NCBI GenBank assembly: GCA_965249575.1
Contig: OZ252244.1
Coordinates: forward strand, 128,001 to 192,000
Direction: 5' to 3'
DNA from: Gemmatimonadales bacterium
Lineage (GTDB): Bacteria > Gemmatimonadota > Gemmatimonadetes > Gemmatimonadales > GWC2-71-9
Length of the DNA: 64,000 bases
Within the stretch, counting starts at the first letter, position 1. Each line of letters starts with the position of its first letter. The notes beneath the pieces were generated by a model. That model saw only the letters and a program-made list of their open reading frames with translations, had not been told where the DNA came from and searched no databases. Positions 1 through 10,571 of the stretch are shown here, piece after piece. A program made the translations under genes and the position numbers.

Positions 1-272
1 CGCACCGACAGCACACCACCCTCGACGGCTTGAGCCGGCCGAACAAGGTATCCCAACCAGATGCCCCTCCCTGCCGGACTGTACCAGGTCCGCCCCTGGC
101 GACCCCGGCCCGCCACCTGTTCGTCAGCAAGCACCAGCGTTCGTGGCGGCGCTCCTTCCGCCGCGAGCTCGTGGATGACGTCGAGTGTGCTCGTAACGCG
201 TGCCACGGCCACGCAGCTTGGAGTGCGCAGTCGGGCCGCGAGATCCGGTGGGGCGATCCCGTCGTAGCTCAC
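1..272 (-). CDS. birA: Biotin--[acetyl-CoA-carboxylase] ligase, N-terminal part (runs off window edge; not in ORF track)
   Basis: GTG at 272 overlaps uppP stop (GTGA); manual translation MSYDGIAPPDL...VTSTLD...LVLADEQVAGRGRQGRTWYSP contains the BirA GRGRxGRxWxSP motif. Confidence 0.85.
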   Translation of the reverse strand, partial: MSYDGIAPPDLAARLRTPSCVAVARVTSTLDVIHELAAEGAPPRTLVLADEQVAGRGRQGRTWYSPAGRGIWLGYLVRPAQAVEGGVLSV

Positions 273-1057
273 ACCCGGATGACGGACCATACGATCGTCG
301 CCGCGCCCAGCAGCCAACAATACGGCGCAAACTGGTAAAACGCCTGCCGCCGTAACAGGAAGATGAGAAACCGGATCGCGAATATGCCGGACAGCAGCGA
401 CGCGACGAACGAGACTGCCACCGCCTCCGTTGGAATGCCCGCTATCCCACCGGCGAGCTCGGGAATTTCCAGAATCGTGGCACCCGCGATGACCGGGATC
501 GAGAGTAAGAAGGAGAACTCCGCAGCGTACACGGGCTCCAGCCCGGACCAGATGCCGGTCGATACCGTGGTCCCCGAGCGCGAGATCCCGGGGACGAGAG
601 CGAGCGCCTGGGCGAATCCGATCGCCAGCGCCCGGCGGGCGTCGAGCGTGAGGTACCGCTCCCGCACCGGAATCGCCCGTGTGCTCCACAGGACAATCCC
701 GGTCGTCAGGAACCCGATCCCCACTACGGTCAGCGAATCGAAGGCCTGTTCCACCAAACCAGTGAGCCACACACCCGCGACACCCGCTGGTATTGCAGCG
801 AGGACGATCAGCCCGACATAACGGAGGGACGACGCACCCCCACTCAAAACGCCTCGCGTGAGCTCCCCGATACGCGCCCGATAAACGACGATCACCGCGA
901 GGAGCGTAGCAGCATGCACGGTGACTTCCAGGGTGACGCCGGGAGTTCGTATCCCAATCCATGCCTCCGCGACTACCAGGTGACCGGAGCTCGAGACCGG
1001 CAAGAATTCGGTCAATCCCTGCACGACTCCCAGGACGAGCGCCTGCCACAGTGTCAC
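269..1057 (-). CDS. uppP: Undecaprenyl-diphosphate phosphatase
   Basis: QGLTEFLPVSSSGHL and PGISRSG motifs, multiple TM helices; GTG start overlaps bshA stop. Confidence 0.95.
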   Translation of the reverse strand: MTLWQALVLGVVQGLTEFLPVSSSGHLVVAEAWIGIRTPGVTLEVTVHAATLLAVIVVYRARIGELTRGVLSGGASSLRYVGLIVLAAIPAGVAGVWLTGLVEQAFDSLTVVGIGFLTTGIVLWSTRAIPVRERYLTLDARRALAIGFAQALALVPGISRSGTTVSTGIWSGLEPVYAAEFSFLLSIPVIAGATILEIPELAGGIAGIPTEAVAVSFVASLLSGIFAIRFLIFLLRRQAFYQFAPYCWLLGAATIVWSVIRV

Positions 1058-2181
1058 TGGGAGAGAACTCGATCGTATAGATCCTCGTATCGAGGCACAA
1101 CCCGTTCGGCCGAAAAGATGCCGGCCCGTGCAACAGCGCACTCCCGAGCTCGCTGCAACACGCGAGGATCTCCTAGGAGCGCAATGGAGGCCTCAGCCAT
1201 CTCGTCCACGCTCCCCACGGTCGCGAGGGTACCGCTTTTTCCGTCGTCCACGACCTCAGGTAGGCCACCAATTCGACTTCCTACCACCGGTACCCCGCAC
1301 GCCATGGCCTCGAGCGCCGCCAACCCAAACGATTCCGTTTCGCTTGGAAGCAAGAATAGATCCGCCGACCGAAGGAGCTCCGCTACGGAATCGAGTTTCC
1401 CCAGGGACCGTACGTCCGCACGAACGCCCAATCGATCCGCTTCTGCTTCCGCGTCCGGGCGTTGTGGACCGTCTCCGATCAGGACGAGCACGGCCGGCAT
1501 GACCGCTCTGATCCTCGCGAACACGCGAACGACATCCGGGACCCGCTTGACCTCACGGAAATTGGAGACGTGCATGACCACTCTCGTCCCGGCCGGCGCG
1601 AACCTTCGTCGGTCCGACTCGTCGGCGGGAGGATGATACTCGCGTTGATTGACGAAGTTCGGGATTACTTCTATCCCGCACCCATCGCACCCGAACGCCC
1701 GGTACGTTTCATCCCGGAGATATTCCGACACCGCCGTGATCGCGTCGGACTGTTCGATCGAGAACTTGGTGATCGTGAAGAATGACTGCTCCTGGCCGAC
1801 CAGCGTGATATCCGTTCCGTGCAGTGTGGTCACAACCTTGAGAGCGTGCTCGGATCCCAGCATTTGCTTCGCCAGGAACGCCGTCGTCGCGTGTGGAATC
1901 GCGTAATGAACATGCATCACGTCGAGCCGCTCCGTTACCGCCACTTCGTGCTGTTTGGCGGCCAAGGCGAGCGAATAGGGAAAAAACTTGAATAGTGGAT
2001 ACGTCGCACTGACGTCGACTTCGTGGAACACGACCCGTTCAGCATAGCTGCTCAACCGAAATGGCGAGTCATAGGAGATGACGTGGACGTCGTGTCCCCG
2101 CCTCGCGAGCTCGAGTCCCAACTCGGTTGCCACCGCGCCCGAGCCTCCATAGGTCGGGTAGCACGTAATGCCAATACGCAT
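1054..2181 (-). CDS. bshA: N-acetyl-alpha-D-glucosaminyl L-malate synthase (GT4, bacillithiol biosynthesis)
   Basis: MRIGITCYPTYGGSG, HVHYAIPHA, TTLHGTDITLVG, SNFRxVKR, ESFGLAALEAM. Confidence 0.93.
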   Translation of the reverse strand: MRIGITCYPTYGGSGAVATELGLELARRGHDVHVISYDSPFRLSSYAERVVFHEVDVSATYPLFKFFPYSLALAAKQHEVAVTERLDVMHVHYAIPHATTAFLAKQMLGSEHALKVVTTLHGTDITLVGQEQSFFTITKFSIEQSDAITAVSEYLRDETYRAFGCDGCGIEVIPNFVNQREYHPPADESDRRRFAPAGTRVVMHVSNFREVKRVPDVVRVFARIRAVMPAVLVLIGDGPQRPDAEAEADRLGVRADVRSLGKLDSVAELLRSADLFLLPSETESFGLAALEAMACGVPVVGSRIGGLPEVVDDGKSGTLATVGSVDEMAEASIALLGDPRVLQRARECAVARAGIFSAERVVPRYEDLYDRVLSQ

Positions 2182-3104
2182 CAATTCCCTCTCGCTTCCC
2201 ACAGGTCCACGATGCGGCGTGCGAGGACGCCGGGCGCCGCGGTCGCGTCGAGATTGACTACAGGATACCCAAGGAGCTGGTGCCGAAACCAGGTTTCCTG
2301 CCTCTTCGCATATCTCCGCGTACTGGCCGCGATGGCGTCGGCCAGTCTATCGGTGCCAAGCCGGCCCCCCAAGTGGGCAGCGACCTCCGCATACCCAACG
2401 GCGTCGAGTCCCGGAGCGTCCGACGCGAGGCCGCGCTCGAGCAGGCGCCGCGTCTCGGAGACCAATCCCGCGTCGAGCATGTACCGCACGCGGTCAGCAA
2501 TCCGGGCGTGCAGGAGTGCTCGGGGTACCGTGAGCCGGACGAACCAGGGTCTCATCACGCCGTCGACCCGAGCCTGGCGCTGCCACCATGATAGCGAGCG
2601 GCCCGTTAGCAACGCGATCTCGACGACGCGGGCCGCCCGCTGGCGCCCACCCGCCGTGTACCGCGGGTCGAGCCGCGCAGCCCACCGCCCCAGGTGCCCG
2701 GATGACGTGGCCCACTTCCGGATCCTTATGCGCCGCGCCGGCTCCATGGGCGGCTCGAGGAATAGCCCATCTGCTAGCGCCCGGACATAGAACCCGGTTC
2801 CCCCAACCACGACTGCCCGACGCTCTACTGGTATCTCCGTCAGCCACCTCGCGGCCTCGCGCGCGAACTGCCCGGCACTGTACCGCTCTCCCGGCTCGAT
2901 AAGATCAATGCCGAGGTGGGGGACAGCCTCCAGGTCGGCCGGACTGGGCTTGGCGGTGCCTACGTCGAGCCACTTGTAGATTTGCCGTGAGTCCGCCGAA
3001 ATGACGGTAATCGGCCAGAGACGCCCCAGCGCGACGGCGACCGCCGTCTTGCCGACCGCGGTTGGACCGACGATCACGGGGATTAGTGGTTTACGACCGC
3101 CCAA
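2181..3104 (-). CDS. miaA: tRNA dimethylallyltransferase
   Basis: GPTAVGKT, ISADSRQIY, GGTGFY, TRRYAKRQETWF; start TTG 3104 or GTG 3077 uncertain. Confidence 0.95.
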   Translation of the reverse strand: MGGRKPLIPVIVGPTAVGKTAVAVALGRLWPITVISADSRQIYKWLDVGTAKPSPADLEAVPHLGIDLIEPGERYSAGQFAREAARWLTEIPVERRAVVVGGTGFYVRALADGLFLEPPMEPARRIRIRKWATSSGHLGRWAARLDPRYTAGGRQRAARVVEIALLTGRSLSWWQRQARVDGVMRPWFVRLTVPRALLHARIADRVRYMLDAGLVSETRRLLERGLASDAPGLDAVGYAEVAAHLGGRLGTDRLADAIAASTRRYAKRQETWFRHQLLGYPVVNLDATAAPGVLARRIVDLWEARGN

Positions 3105-4815
3105 ACCTGCGCTCCAGCTCGCCCCGGGGCAGCTGCACCATGCTCGGCCGGCCGTGCACGTCATGCGGTGGAAGCTCGCAGGCCATCAAGCGCACCATCA
3201 GCTCACGGATCTCGTCACGGGCCAGCTTTTGGCCCGCCTTGATCGCGGCACGACAGGCAAAGGTCGCGGCGAAACGTTCCATCCGATTCGCGAGTGCGCC
3301 GAATCGACCGCCGGTGAGGTCGGCCACCATTTCTTCGAAGCAGCGCCGAGCATCGAACTGAGGGTGCGGATTGGGCACCGCGTGCAGCGCAACGGATCGT
3401 CCGCCGAATCCCTCCACCTCGTACCCGACCCGCAGGATCAAATCTCGGTGCGTTTCCAGCGCCTCGGCTTCTTCAGGTGCCATGTCGACGACAATCGGTA
3501 ATAGCAGGCGCTGAGCGGCAGCCCCCTGCCCGGTGAGTTGTCCCATGATCTGCTCGAACAACACCCGCTCGTGAGCCGAATGTTGGTCAACAATGGCAAT
3601 GCCATCGGAGGTTTCGAAGAAAACGTACGTATCGAATGCCTGCAGATACGCGGTATGCTCCGGAACGCCAAGTCGGAGGTCCGCTCCGTGCTCGGCGAAT
3701 GGAAAGCTGAGCGCCATACCGGCAGGAGCGTCGACGGACCCGCTTGGAGGAGACCCATCGGAATGGGCCACCGACACCGGCCAGGCGCCGACCACCGCGG
3801 CCGCGTCGATCGGCCGCAGCGCATCTCGGACGGCCCGCTCCACGGCCTGTTCCACAAGGTAGCGATCACGAAATCGCACCTCGAGCTTCGCAGGATGGAC
3901 GTTCACGTCCACGCCATCGCCCGGCACGGAAAGCGTGAGGAACATCGTTGGCCGGCACCCGGGGCTGATGGTGGCTCGGTAGCCCGCCTCCGCCGCCCGA
4001 ATCAGGAACGGGTCGCGAAACGGTCGGCCGTTGACGTAGAGGAAGGCCTTTCGTCCACTGGGTCGCGCGTCGGCCGGCCGCTGGATGAAGCCGCGAACAC
4101 TCACCGGTCCCGTAGAGCCCTCGACTGGCACGAGCTGCTCCGCCGTTCGACGGCCGAATAGCGATGCGATGCGCTCCGCGACCACCGATACCGAAGGCGC
4201 ATCGAGCAGGGTGCGGCCGTCGCTCGTTACGGTAAACGAAACATCCAGGCGCGCCAAGGCGAGGGTGGTGACCACTTGCGTGATCGCGCGGGTCTCGCTC
4301 CTCGGCGACCGAAGAAACTTGCGCCTCGCGGGGACGTTGAAGAACAACCCCTGCACTGTCACGCTCGTACCCGGCTGGTGGGCCGTCGGTTCGACGCCCT
4401 CCAGTCGTCCCCCCGAAACCACGACACGCGTCGAGGAGCCGGAATCCGCGGCGCTCGATTCCCTGGATCGCTCCGCGGTCTCCAGCTCCAGACGCGAGAC
4501 TGACGCGATGGCCGGAAGCGCTTCGCCACGAAACCCGTAGCTGGGAACGCCCACCAGATCCGCGGCCGTCCTGATCTTGCTGGTGGCGTGCCGCTCGACC
4601 GCGAGAACCGCATCGTCCTGGTGCATCCCGCATCCGTCGTCCACCACTCGAATGAGCGTGCGGCCGCCCGCCTCGCATTCGACGGAGATCCGAGTCGCAC
4701 CCGAATCAAGCGCGTTTTCAACGAGCTCCTTCACGACGGACGCGGGTCGCTCGACCACTTCGCCAGCGGCAATTTGGTCTGCGACCCCATCCGCGAGGAT
4801 CTCGATCTTTCCCAC
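3091..4815 (-). CDS. mutL: DNA mismatch repair protein MutL
   Basis: QIAAGEVVERPASVVKELVEN, GFRGEAL, DVNVHPAK, endonuclease motif DQHSAHER, ACRAAIK, HGRP. Confidence 0.97.
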   Translation of the reverse strand: MGKIEILADGVADQIAAGEVVERPASVVKELVENALDSGATRISVECEAGGRTLIRVVDDGCGMHQDDAVLAVERHATSKIRTAADLVGVPSYGFRGEALPAIASVSRLELETAERSRESSAADSGSSTRVVVSGGRLEGVEPTAHQPGTSVTVQGLFFNVPARRKFLRSPRSETRAITQVVTTLALARLDVSFTVTSDGRTLLDAPSVSVVAERIASLFGRRTAEQLVPVEGSTGPVSVRGFIQRPADARPSGRKAFLYVNGRPFRDPFLIRAAEAGYRATISPGCRPTMFLTLSVPGDGVDVNVHPAKLEVRFRDRYLVEQAVERAVRDALRPIDAAAVVGAWPVSVAHSDGSPPSGSVDAPAGMALSFPFAEHGADLRLGVPEHTAYLQAFDTYVFFETSDGIAIVDQHSAHERVLFEQIMGQLTGQGAAAQRLLLPIVVDMAPEEAEALETHRDLILRVGYEVEGFGGRSVALHAVPNPHPQFDARRCFEEMVADLTGGRFGALANRMERFAATFACRAAIKAGQKLARDEIRELMVRLMACELPPHDVHGRPSMVQLPRGELERRFGRS

Positions 4816-7148
4816 TATAGGGGCTCGACCTCGCGGACCAGCAACCATCCCTGCACTTCGCCCCGCGTGGCGAGCACCCAGCCACCCTCTTCACGGCTCA
4901 CCTCTACCGCCACACCTGCTTCCAACGAAAGGCGGGGCCGCGCGCTTCCATACGGAGCTACGCGTAACGGGGTGTCCGCTGCCCGCATCAGGGCGACCGG
5001 CCCGGCGTAGTGGGCCTCCGTAGTCCATGCAGCCGCGGCGAAGGCGATCGCCAGGCCAAATGAGACAACCGCGAGTTTCCGGCCCGCCCGTAGCGTGAGA
5101 AGACTCCACCCGACCCCCCAGCTCACGAGCGCGATGAGCAGCATCTCAGCCGGCGTGAGGGGCGCAACCCGCAGGAGGCGTGCGGTTGCCCGGTCCGGCG
5201 GCGGCAAGAGCCGCAGCGCCTGAGAGATCGCGGTGTACCGGGGCGCCAGGCGCGCGGCCCGGATCCAAGACGCCTTCGCGCGGGTATCGTCGCGCAGCCG
5301 ATAGTAGGCGCTCCCGAGGTTGTACCAGTCTCGAGCACTTTCGGGATGGGCCGCCACTCGGGCCGCGAAGCTATCCGCGGCCGCGCGGAACGCTCCCCGC
5401 TCGAAGAGATCCTCAGCCGTCAGGCGCTGAGCCTGGAGCGTGGTCGTCAGCGAGCCGAGGGCGACCGCCGCCACGAGCAGCACGACGCCCCCCAACCGGG
5501 ATGCCCCGGAACCAACTTTTTCGCCCCGCAACGCCTCGAGTGTGGATCTGACCTCGGCCGCCAGCTCGTCGGGATCGCTCGCACCGTCGGGACCGTAGAC
5601 CGCGTGACGCAACCGATCGCGAACCCGCGCGGCGTGCTCCGCCACCGCGGTTTCGACGCCCGCCGCGCGCAGCGCATTGGCCAGGCCGTCACCCTCCCCA
5701 AGGTCGTCCCCCGACACGAGGTGACGCACGGCTTCACGGAAGTCGCGTTCGAGCCGTTGGAGCGGCGACACCTCACCCCTGTCGTACGTGGGCGTGTGGG
5801 GCCTGAGCGCAAGGACGAACCGGTGGCAACCGAAAACGAGGGGCGGTAGTAGTGCCAAGGCGATGACGGCCCACAAGGGAATACTGGGTACGCCGAACAT
5901 CAGCGGCTGGTGCCGTGAGGAGAGTGGGGGCGGCGCGGCCCGAGCCATCGCCCCCTGGCCCGCGCGGGCCACGATCTCGACGGGGCCGGCCCGTCGTTGA
6001 ATGTATCGCCTGTCGTTCACATCGTAGTAAGTCACAGACGGTGCCGGGATCACGTGAGCCCCGATCGAGTCCGGCAACACGAGGTACCGGAACCTCTTCG
6101 TGCCGGCGACCCAACCCTCGGACCGCTCGAGGTCGACCTCCGGGTCCAGCGGGTACACTCGCACAGCGGGCGGCCAGTCCAGATCGGGTTCCGGCCAGAG
6201 CGCCACATTGCCCTGGCCCGCGAGCACCGCCGTCACGGTCGCTGCCTCACCCACGGCAACGTCGCGAGGCTCTGCGACCAAGGAAAAGCGCAGCGCGCCC
6301 GCGGCGGGCCCGGTGAAGCCGGCTGGTCTCCCCGCGCGTGGCTGGTTCATGACCGTCACCGTCAGAGACTCGCTCTGGACCACGTGTCGGAGCTCTCGCG
6401 TCAGGAACGAAAACGTCACTGGCAGGTCGTACGCGACGCTCGCCGGCCCAACGTTCATCGATCCGGGGAGCAATGGAAACGCCACCACGTGCGCCACGAA
6501 GAGATCGTACCACTCCCTGTCGACCCGGCGGCTCGCGGCGATGCCCGGCGGGGTGTACTGGCGGTAGAGCCACGCACCTTCGAGCGGAGGCGAGGACAGG
6601 GTCGGTGGCATCCGCAGCCGTCTGCGGATCGCACGGGGGAACCAGGCGGCGACGATGACGTCCAGCTGTTCACCGAGCACCACCGACTCGGGCATTGTAA
6701 CGACTCCAACCGTCACGTCTTCCTCTCCTCGAGGCGGTGCCGACCGCTCAAGGACCGCCCGCACTCTGGGCTCCAATCGAGAGGAGCTCACGGAACTCAC
6801 CGGCAGAACCCTGATCGTCAGTGGATCGGTATCGACCGTTTCCGACCCCTGCCGAACCCGGATCGACCCGACCACGGCCGCACCTGGTTCCGTCGCTGCG
6901 AGCTGCAGGGTACGCGTCGTGACCCGCATCGGAACGCCGTCCCGAACGGACACCCGAGATTCCTCGCGGGTGCCGCGCACTTCGAGTGCTGACAAAACAG
7001 GACTACCGATGCTCACAGGTTGGCTTGCGGCGGACTCCACCCTAATCGTCAGCGAGATGACATCCCCGACCATCGGGTCCGTCCGGTCGATGGAGGCGGT
7101 CCCCTGGAGCTGCTGCACCATGATTAGGACGGCGAAGCTGAAGGTCAC
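4815..7148 (-). CDS. BatD-family protein fused to a BatE-like TPR/SH3-like C-terminal module
   Basis: Ig-like BatD repeats (GQGNV, KRFRYLVLP), TM, then second hydrophobic segment, TPR (WYNLGSAYY) and SH3-like end (GWVLATRGEVQGWL); lies in MoxR/VWA cluster. Confidence 0.75.
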   Translation of the reverse strand: MTFSFAVLIMVQQLQGTASIDRTDPMVGDVISLTIRVESAASQPVSIGSPVLSALEVRGTREESRVSVRDGVPMRVTTRTLQLAATEPGAAVVGSIRVRQGSETVDTDPLTIRVLPVSSVSSSRLEPRVRAVLERSAPPRGEEDVTVGVVTMPESVVLGEQLDVIVAAWFPRAIRRRLRMPPTLSSPPLEGAWLYRQYTPPGIAASRRVDREWYDLFVAHVVAFPLLPGSMNVGPASVAYDLPVTFSFLTRELRHVVQSESLTVTVMNQPRAGRPAGFTGPAAGALRFSLVAEPRDVAVGEAATVTAVLAGQGNVALWPEPDLDWPPAVRVYPLDPEVDLERSEGWVAGTKRFRYLVLPDSIGAHVIPAPSVTYYDVNDRRYIQRRAGPVEIVARAGQGAMARAAPPPLSSRHQPLMFGVPSIPLWAVIALALLPPLVFGCHRFVLALRPHTPTYDRGEVSPLQRLERDFREAVRHLVSGDDLGEGDGLANALRAAGVETAVAEHAARVRDRLRHAVYGPDGASDPDELAAEVRSTLEALRGEKVGSGASRLGGVVLLVAAVALGSLTTTLQAQRLTAEDLFERGAFRAAADSFAARVAAHPESARDWYNLGSAYYRLRDDTRAKASWIRAARLAPRYTAISQALRLLPPPDRATARLLRVAPLTPAEMLLIALVSWGVGWSLLTLRAGRKLAVVSFGLAIAFAAAAWTTEAHYAGPVALMRAADTPLRVAPYGSARPRLSLEAGVAVEVSREEGGWVLATRGEVQGWLLVREVEPL

Positions 7149-8764
7149 CAGTCCGGCTCCTGTGGGTTTCCGGAGGACTGGTTGCGGCGCTGCTGAACCG
7201 CATGGCGGGTGCGTCGCTCCTCCTCCGCTATGGAGTTGAGGATCTGCTCGGCTTGGGCAAGCGACAGGCCAGCCGTGGGGCTCTGCGGTTCGCCGCTTCC
7301 ACCGGTGGTCGGCGCCTGCTGCTGAGGAGCCTGGCCCCCACCACCGGATGGCGGCGCGCGCTCTACCGCGAGCTCCAGATTCCATTTTGCCGCGGCGTCA
7401 CCGGGTTCGAGCAGCAACGCCTCCCGATAGTACCGCCGGGCGCGCGCTAGATGCGTGCTGCGGTGCGCGGTATCCGCGTCCGCCATGCGCAGGCGCAGCA
7501 ACCCGAGGTTGTACAGCGCTCGAAACCGGATGCCCGGCTCGAGTGACTCAGCGGCGCGCCCCAGCGCCTCAGCGGCCAGCGCCGTGTCGCCGCGAGCGAA
7601 TCCAGCCGTCCCCGTGTTCAGCAAGGTCGTGTCTCCGCCCTCACCGGCGCGCACTTGCTCAAGGTACAGGGCCGCCGCACGATCGAAATCACCGTCCGCC
7701 CACGCAGCGTCCGCTTGGTTTCGTGGACCCTGTGCGTTAAGCCGTGGCACCGCGGCAAACCCGAGCAGCATCACTGCCAGCGCGGCGGTCCGCCGCGTCA
7801 ACGTGTGTGCGAGAAGTACCAATACCGCCGTGAGCGACAGCAACCACGCCCGCGAAACTCCCGTCGAGGTCGTTGCGGTGGCGTGAGGTGCCCGCTTGTA
7901 AGCAGTCACGAGATCACGAACGGCCCCGGCCTGATCACTCAGCTCCCCGGACACCAAGACACCTTGAGCCGCATCCGCTACAGCCATCAGCACATCATCC
8001 CGCCGACGAGTCTCGACGATGTTCCCCGAGGCGTCGCGGTGGTATGAATCTCCCCCATCCGCTCCGCGGCTCGGGATCCGCATCGGCTCCCGCCTTCCCT
8101 CGGCTACCAGAATCAGTCGTACGCCATCGCGTCGGAGTCGCTCCGCCGGACCCAGAGCTGCCTCGAGCGAATCGTGGCTTTCGCCGTCCGTGAACAGCAC
8201 TAACACTCGGTCGGCAACATCGTCGCCTCCCAAGAGAAGCTCCCTGCCCTGCCGGAGGGCGCGGGCGAGCGAGGTCCCACCGGCGCTCACGATGCCAGGA
8301 TCCAGAGCATCGACCAGCGATTCGAGCGCTCCCCCGTCGATGGTCAGCGGCGAAAGGATATAACTCCGCCCCGCGAACGCCAGGAGCCCGATGCGGTCGT
8401 TCGCATGGTCGTGAATGAGACGACGTGCCTCTCGCTGCGCCTTTCCAAGTCTCGACGGAGACACATCTTCAGCAAGCATCGACCGAGAGACGTCCACCGC
8501 AATAACCATGTTGAGGCCCTTCGTCTCGGCCGTAACCGTGCGACTGCCCCACCGGGGACCTGCGAGTGCCGCCGTCGCCGAGAGCGCAGCAACGCTCAAC
8601 CCGACCCATCCGTGGGTGCCCAAGCGACGGGCGGAGGCAGACAGGTCGTCGGACCATCGGGCCGCATGCACCACCCGCTCTCGGCGGGCCCACAGCGCGA
8701 GTATCCCGATGAGTAATGCCACGATCGGCGCCGCCGCGAGGAGAATCGGGGCGTCGAGTCGCAT
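7145..8764 (-). CDS. VWA domain plus TPR protein (BatB/BatC-like fusion)
   Basis: MIDAS DVSRSM, SPLTxD, FTDGE; TPR ALYNLG...AAKWNLELA; C-terminal AEQILNSI...PDW. Confidence 0.85.
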   Translation of the reverse strand: MRLDAPILLAAAPIVALLIGILALWARRERVVHAARWSDDLSASARRLGTHGWVGLSVAALSATAALAGPRWGSRTVTAETKGLNMVIAVDVSRSMLAEDVSPSRLGKAQREARRLIHDHANDRIGLLAFAGRSYILSPLTIDGGALESLVDALDPGIVSAGGTSLARALRQGRELLLGGDDVADRVLVLFTDGESHDSLEAALGPAERLRRDGVRLILVAEGRREPMRIPSRGADGGDSYHRDASGNIVETRRRDDVLMAVADAAQGVLVSGELSDQAGAVRDLVTAYKRAPHATATTSTGVSRAWLLSLTAVLVLLAHTLTRRTAALAVMLLGFAAVPRLNAQGPRNQADAAWADGDFDRAAALYLEQVRAGEGGDTTLLNTGTAGFARGDTALAAEALGRAAESLEPGIRFRALYNLGLLRLRMADADTAHRSTHLARARRYYREALLLEPGDAAAKWNLELAVERAPPSGGGGQAPQQQAPTTGGSGEPQSPTAGLSLAQAEQILNSIAEEERRTRHAVQQRRNQSSGNPQEPDW

Positions 8765-9738
8765 CAGGGAATCCTCACGACGGCCGTGGACGCGATGACC
8801 AGCTCGAGCCCGAGCACGGCGAGTCCCAGCAAAACAAGAAACCGATAGGCCTCGTTCGCGTCGGTATAGCGAACGACCTGAACCGGTGTCGTTTCTAACT
8901 TGTCGATTTGTTGAAAAATCCGGCTCAGCGCTTCGCCGTCGGTCGCCCTGAAGTAGCGTCCACCAGTCGTAGATGCCACGTCACCGAGGAGTGCTTCATC
9001 GATAGGAACCGGCATCGTCTGATAGCGAAGCTGCCCATCGATGCTCCGGCCAATCGGGAGCCGCGCCTCCCCCTCTGTGCCCACGCCGATCGTGTAAATC
9101 CTGAACCCGAGCTTCGCCGCGGCAGCGGCGGCCGTCCGTGGGTCGACTCGGCCTCGATTGCTTTCCCCGTCGGTAAGGAGGACGATCACCTTGCTCTCGC
9201 CAGGAGCTCGACGCAGCCGGTTCGCGGCCGTCGCAATCGCCGTACCGATGGCGGTCCCATCTTCGAGCTCACCGACCCTCACATCGCGAATCGCCTGTTC
9301 GAGCACCGCGTAGTCAACGGTGATCGGGACCCGGGTCAACGCCTCGGCCGCGAAGGTCACCAGACCGATACGATCGAACTTTCGGCCCGCCACGAAGGCA
9401 ACGGACTGTTCCTTCGCCACGTCCAGTCGGTTCGACGGCGCGAAGTCTTCCGCCAACATGCTACTCGACACATCGACCGCGAGCACGATCGCGATCCCGT
9501 CGCTCGTGACTTCGGTCGCACCTCCGTCGAGCCGCAAGCCGGCCGCGGCCACAATCCAAGCCCCAAGCGTGACGGAGCGGAGCCCGGCCGGAAGTTCCGC
9601 AATCCACCGCCGGAACCCCGTGGTCGGAGCCAGCTGGCGGATGTCACTGTACCGCGCGGCCGGATGCGGGCGGGATCGCAGCCACCACCACACCGGGAGT
9701 GCAAGCAGCAGCAGCAGAAGAAAGGGTCGAGCGAACAT
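8764..9738 (-). CDS. VWA domain protein (BatA-like)
   Basis: DVSSSMLAEDF, GTAIG, LLTDGESN, IYTIGVG, TGGRYFRA. Confidence 0.9.
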   Translation of the reverse strand: MFARPFLLLLLLALPVWWWLRSRPHPAARYSDIRQLAPTTGFRRWIAELPAGLRSVTLGAWIVAAAGLRLDGGATEVTSDGIAIVLAVDVSSSMLAEDFAPSNRLDVAKEQSVAFVAGRKFDRIGLVTFAAEALTRVPITVDYAVLEQAIRDVRVGELEDGTAIGTAIATAANRLRRAPGESKVIVLLTDGESNRGRVDPRTAAAAAAKLGFRIYTIGVGTEGEARLPIGRSIDGQLRYQTMPVPIDEALLGDVASTTGGRYFRATDGEALSRIFQQIDKLETTPVQVVRYTDANEAYRFLVLLGLAVLGLELVIASTAVVRIP

Positions 9739-10571
9739 TACCCGATCTCCAGCTCCCGTACGTCGAACGACTCGAGTAGCGTCTCGACATGATCAGCCAG
9801 CACCACGATCTCACTGACCGCTGGCGCGAATCGTGCGCGCTCGAGAGCTCGCAACGCCTCTCCGATTTCCCCGACTGGGAGATCGGGCCGCTCGGATGCC
9901 AGAGCACTCAAACACGCGTCGACCCCAAGACGCGCTTGGGCGGACGGGGCCAGCCGAGAGATGCGCTCCCTCAGCCGCTCGGTGGCAACGGACGCCACCG
10001 CTCGTACCTCGCCCGCCGCGATCCACCGCATGAGCGGCGGCCCGATCTCCTCCGGGACGGAGCTCGACGGCGCCGGCATCGACCGAGCTCGGCGCCTGAG
10101 CACCACCCATCCGAGCACGCCCCCAACGGCGATGCCGCCGAAGATTACGGGGAGCAGCGGTCGACGAAGCGGGCGACCGATGGGTCCTAGAGAGGGTTTT
10201 GGCTCGAGACGGGTGTCGCCTTCGGGCAGCACGGAGGCGAGCGCAACGCGCGCAGTGTCACCGGCGACCGTCCGCCCCGTCCCATCCGGGAAGACCAGTT
10301 CCACCGCCGGCATCGGCAACATATGGGTGCCCGGCTCGAACACCGCAACCGTGTAGCGGATCCATATCCGACCGGCACTGTCCACCGCGACCGGGGCATC
10401 GAGCGGCTCGTACACCGAGGTAGATTCCATGGGGCGGAGCCGCGCCCGAGCGCCGGCGGTTGCGACGACGGTGCGCTCGACCCAGATCGTATCGCCCACC
10501 GTTGCGCCCGACGGAGAGACGGACCACACGGCGGATTGAACCAGCACGGCCGCGAGGAGCGGGTAGGTCAC
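9738..10571 (-). CDS. Membrane-anchored hypothetical protein of the Bat cluster
   Basis: Signal-like N-terminus, Ig-like domain, central TM, ARFAP motif; overlaps both neighbours. Confidence 0.7.
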   Translation of the reverse strand: MTYPLLAAVLVQSAVWSVSPSGATVGDTIWVERTVVATAGARARLRPMESTSVYEPLDAPVAVDSAGRIWIRYTVAVFEPGTHMLPMPAVELVFPDGTGRTVAGDTARVALASVLPEGDTRLEPKPSLGPIGRPLRRPLLPVIFGGIAVGGVLGWVVLRRRARSMPAPSSSVPEEIGPPLMRWIAAGEVRAVASVATERLRERISRLAPSAQARLGVDACLSALASERPDLPVGEIGEALRALERARFAPAVSEIVVLADHVETLLESFDVRELEIG

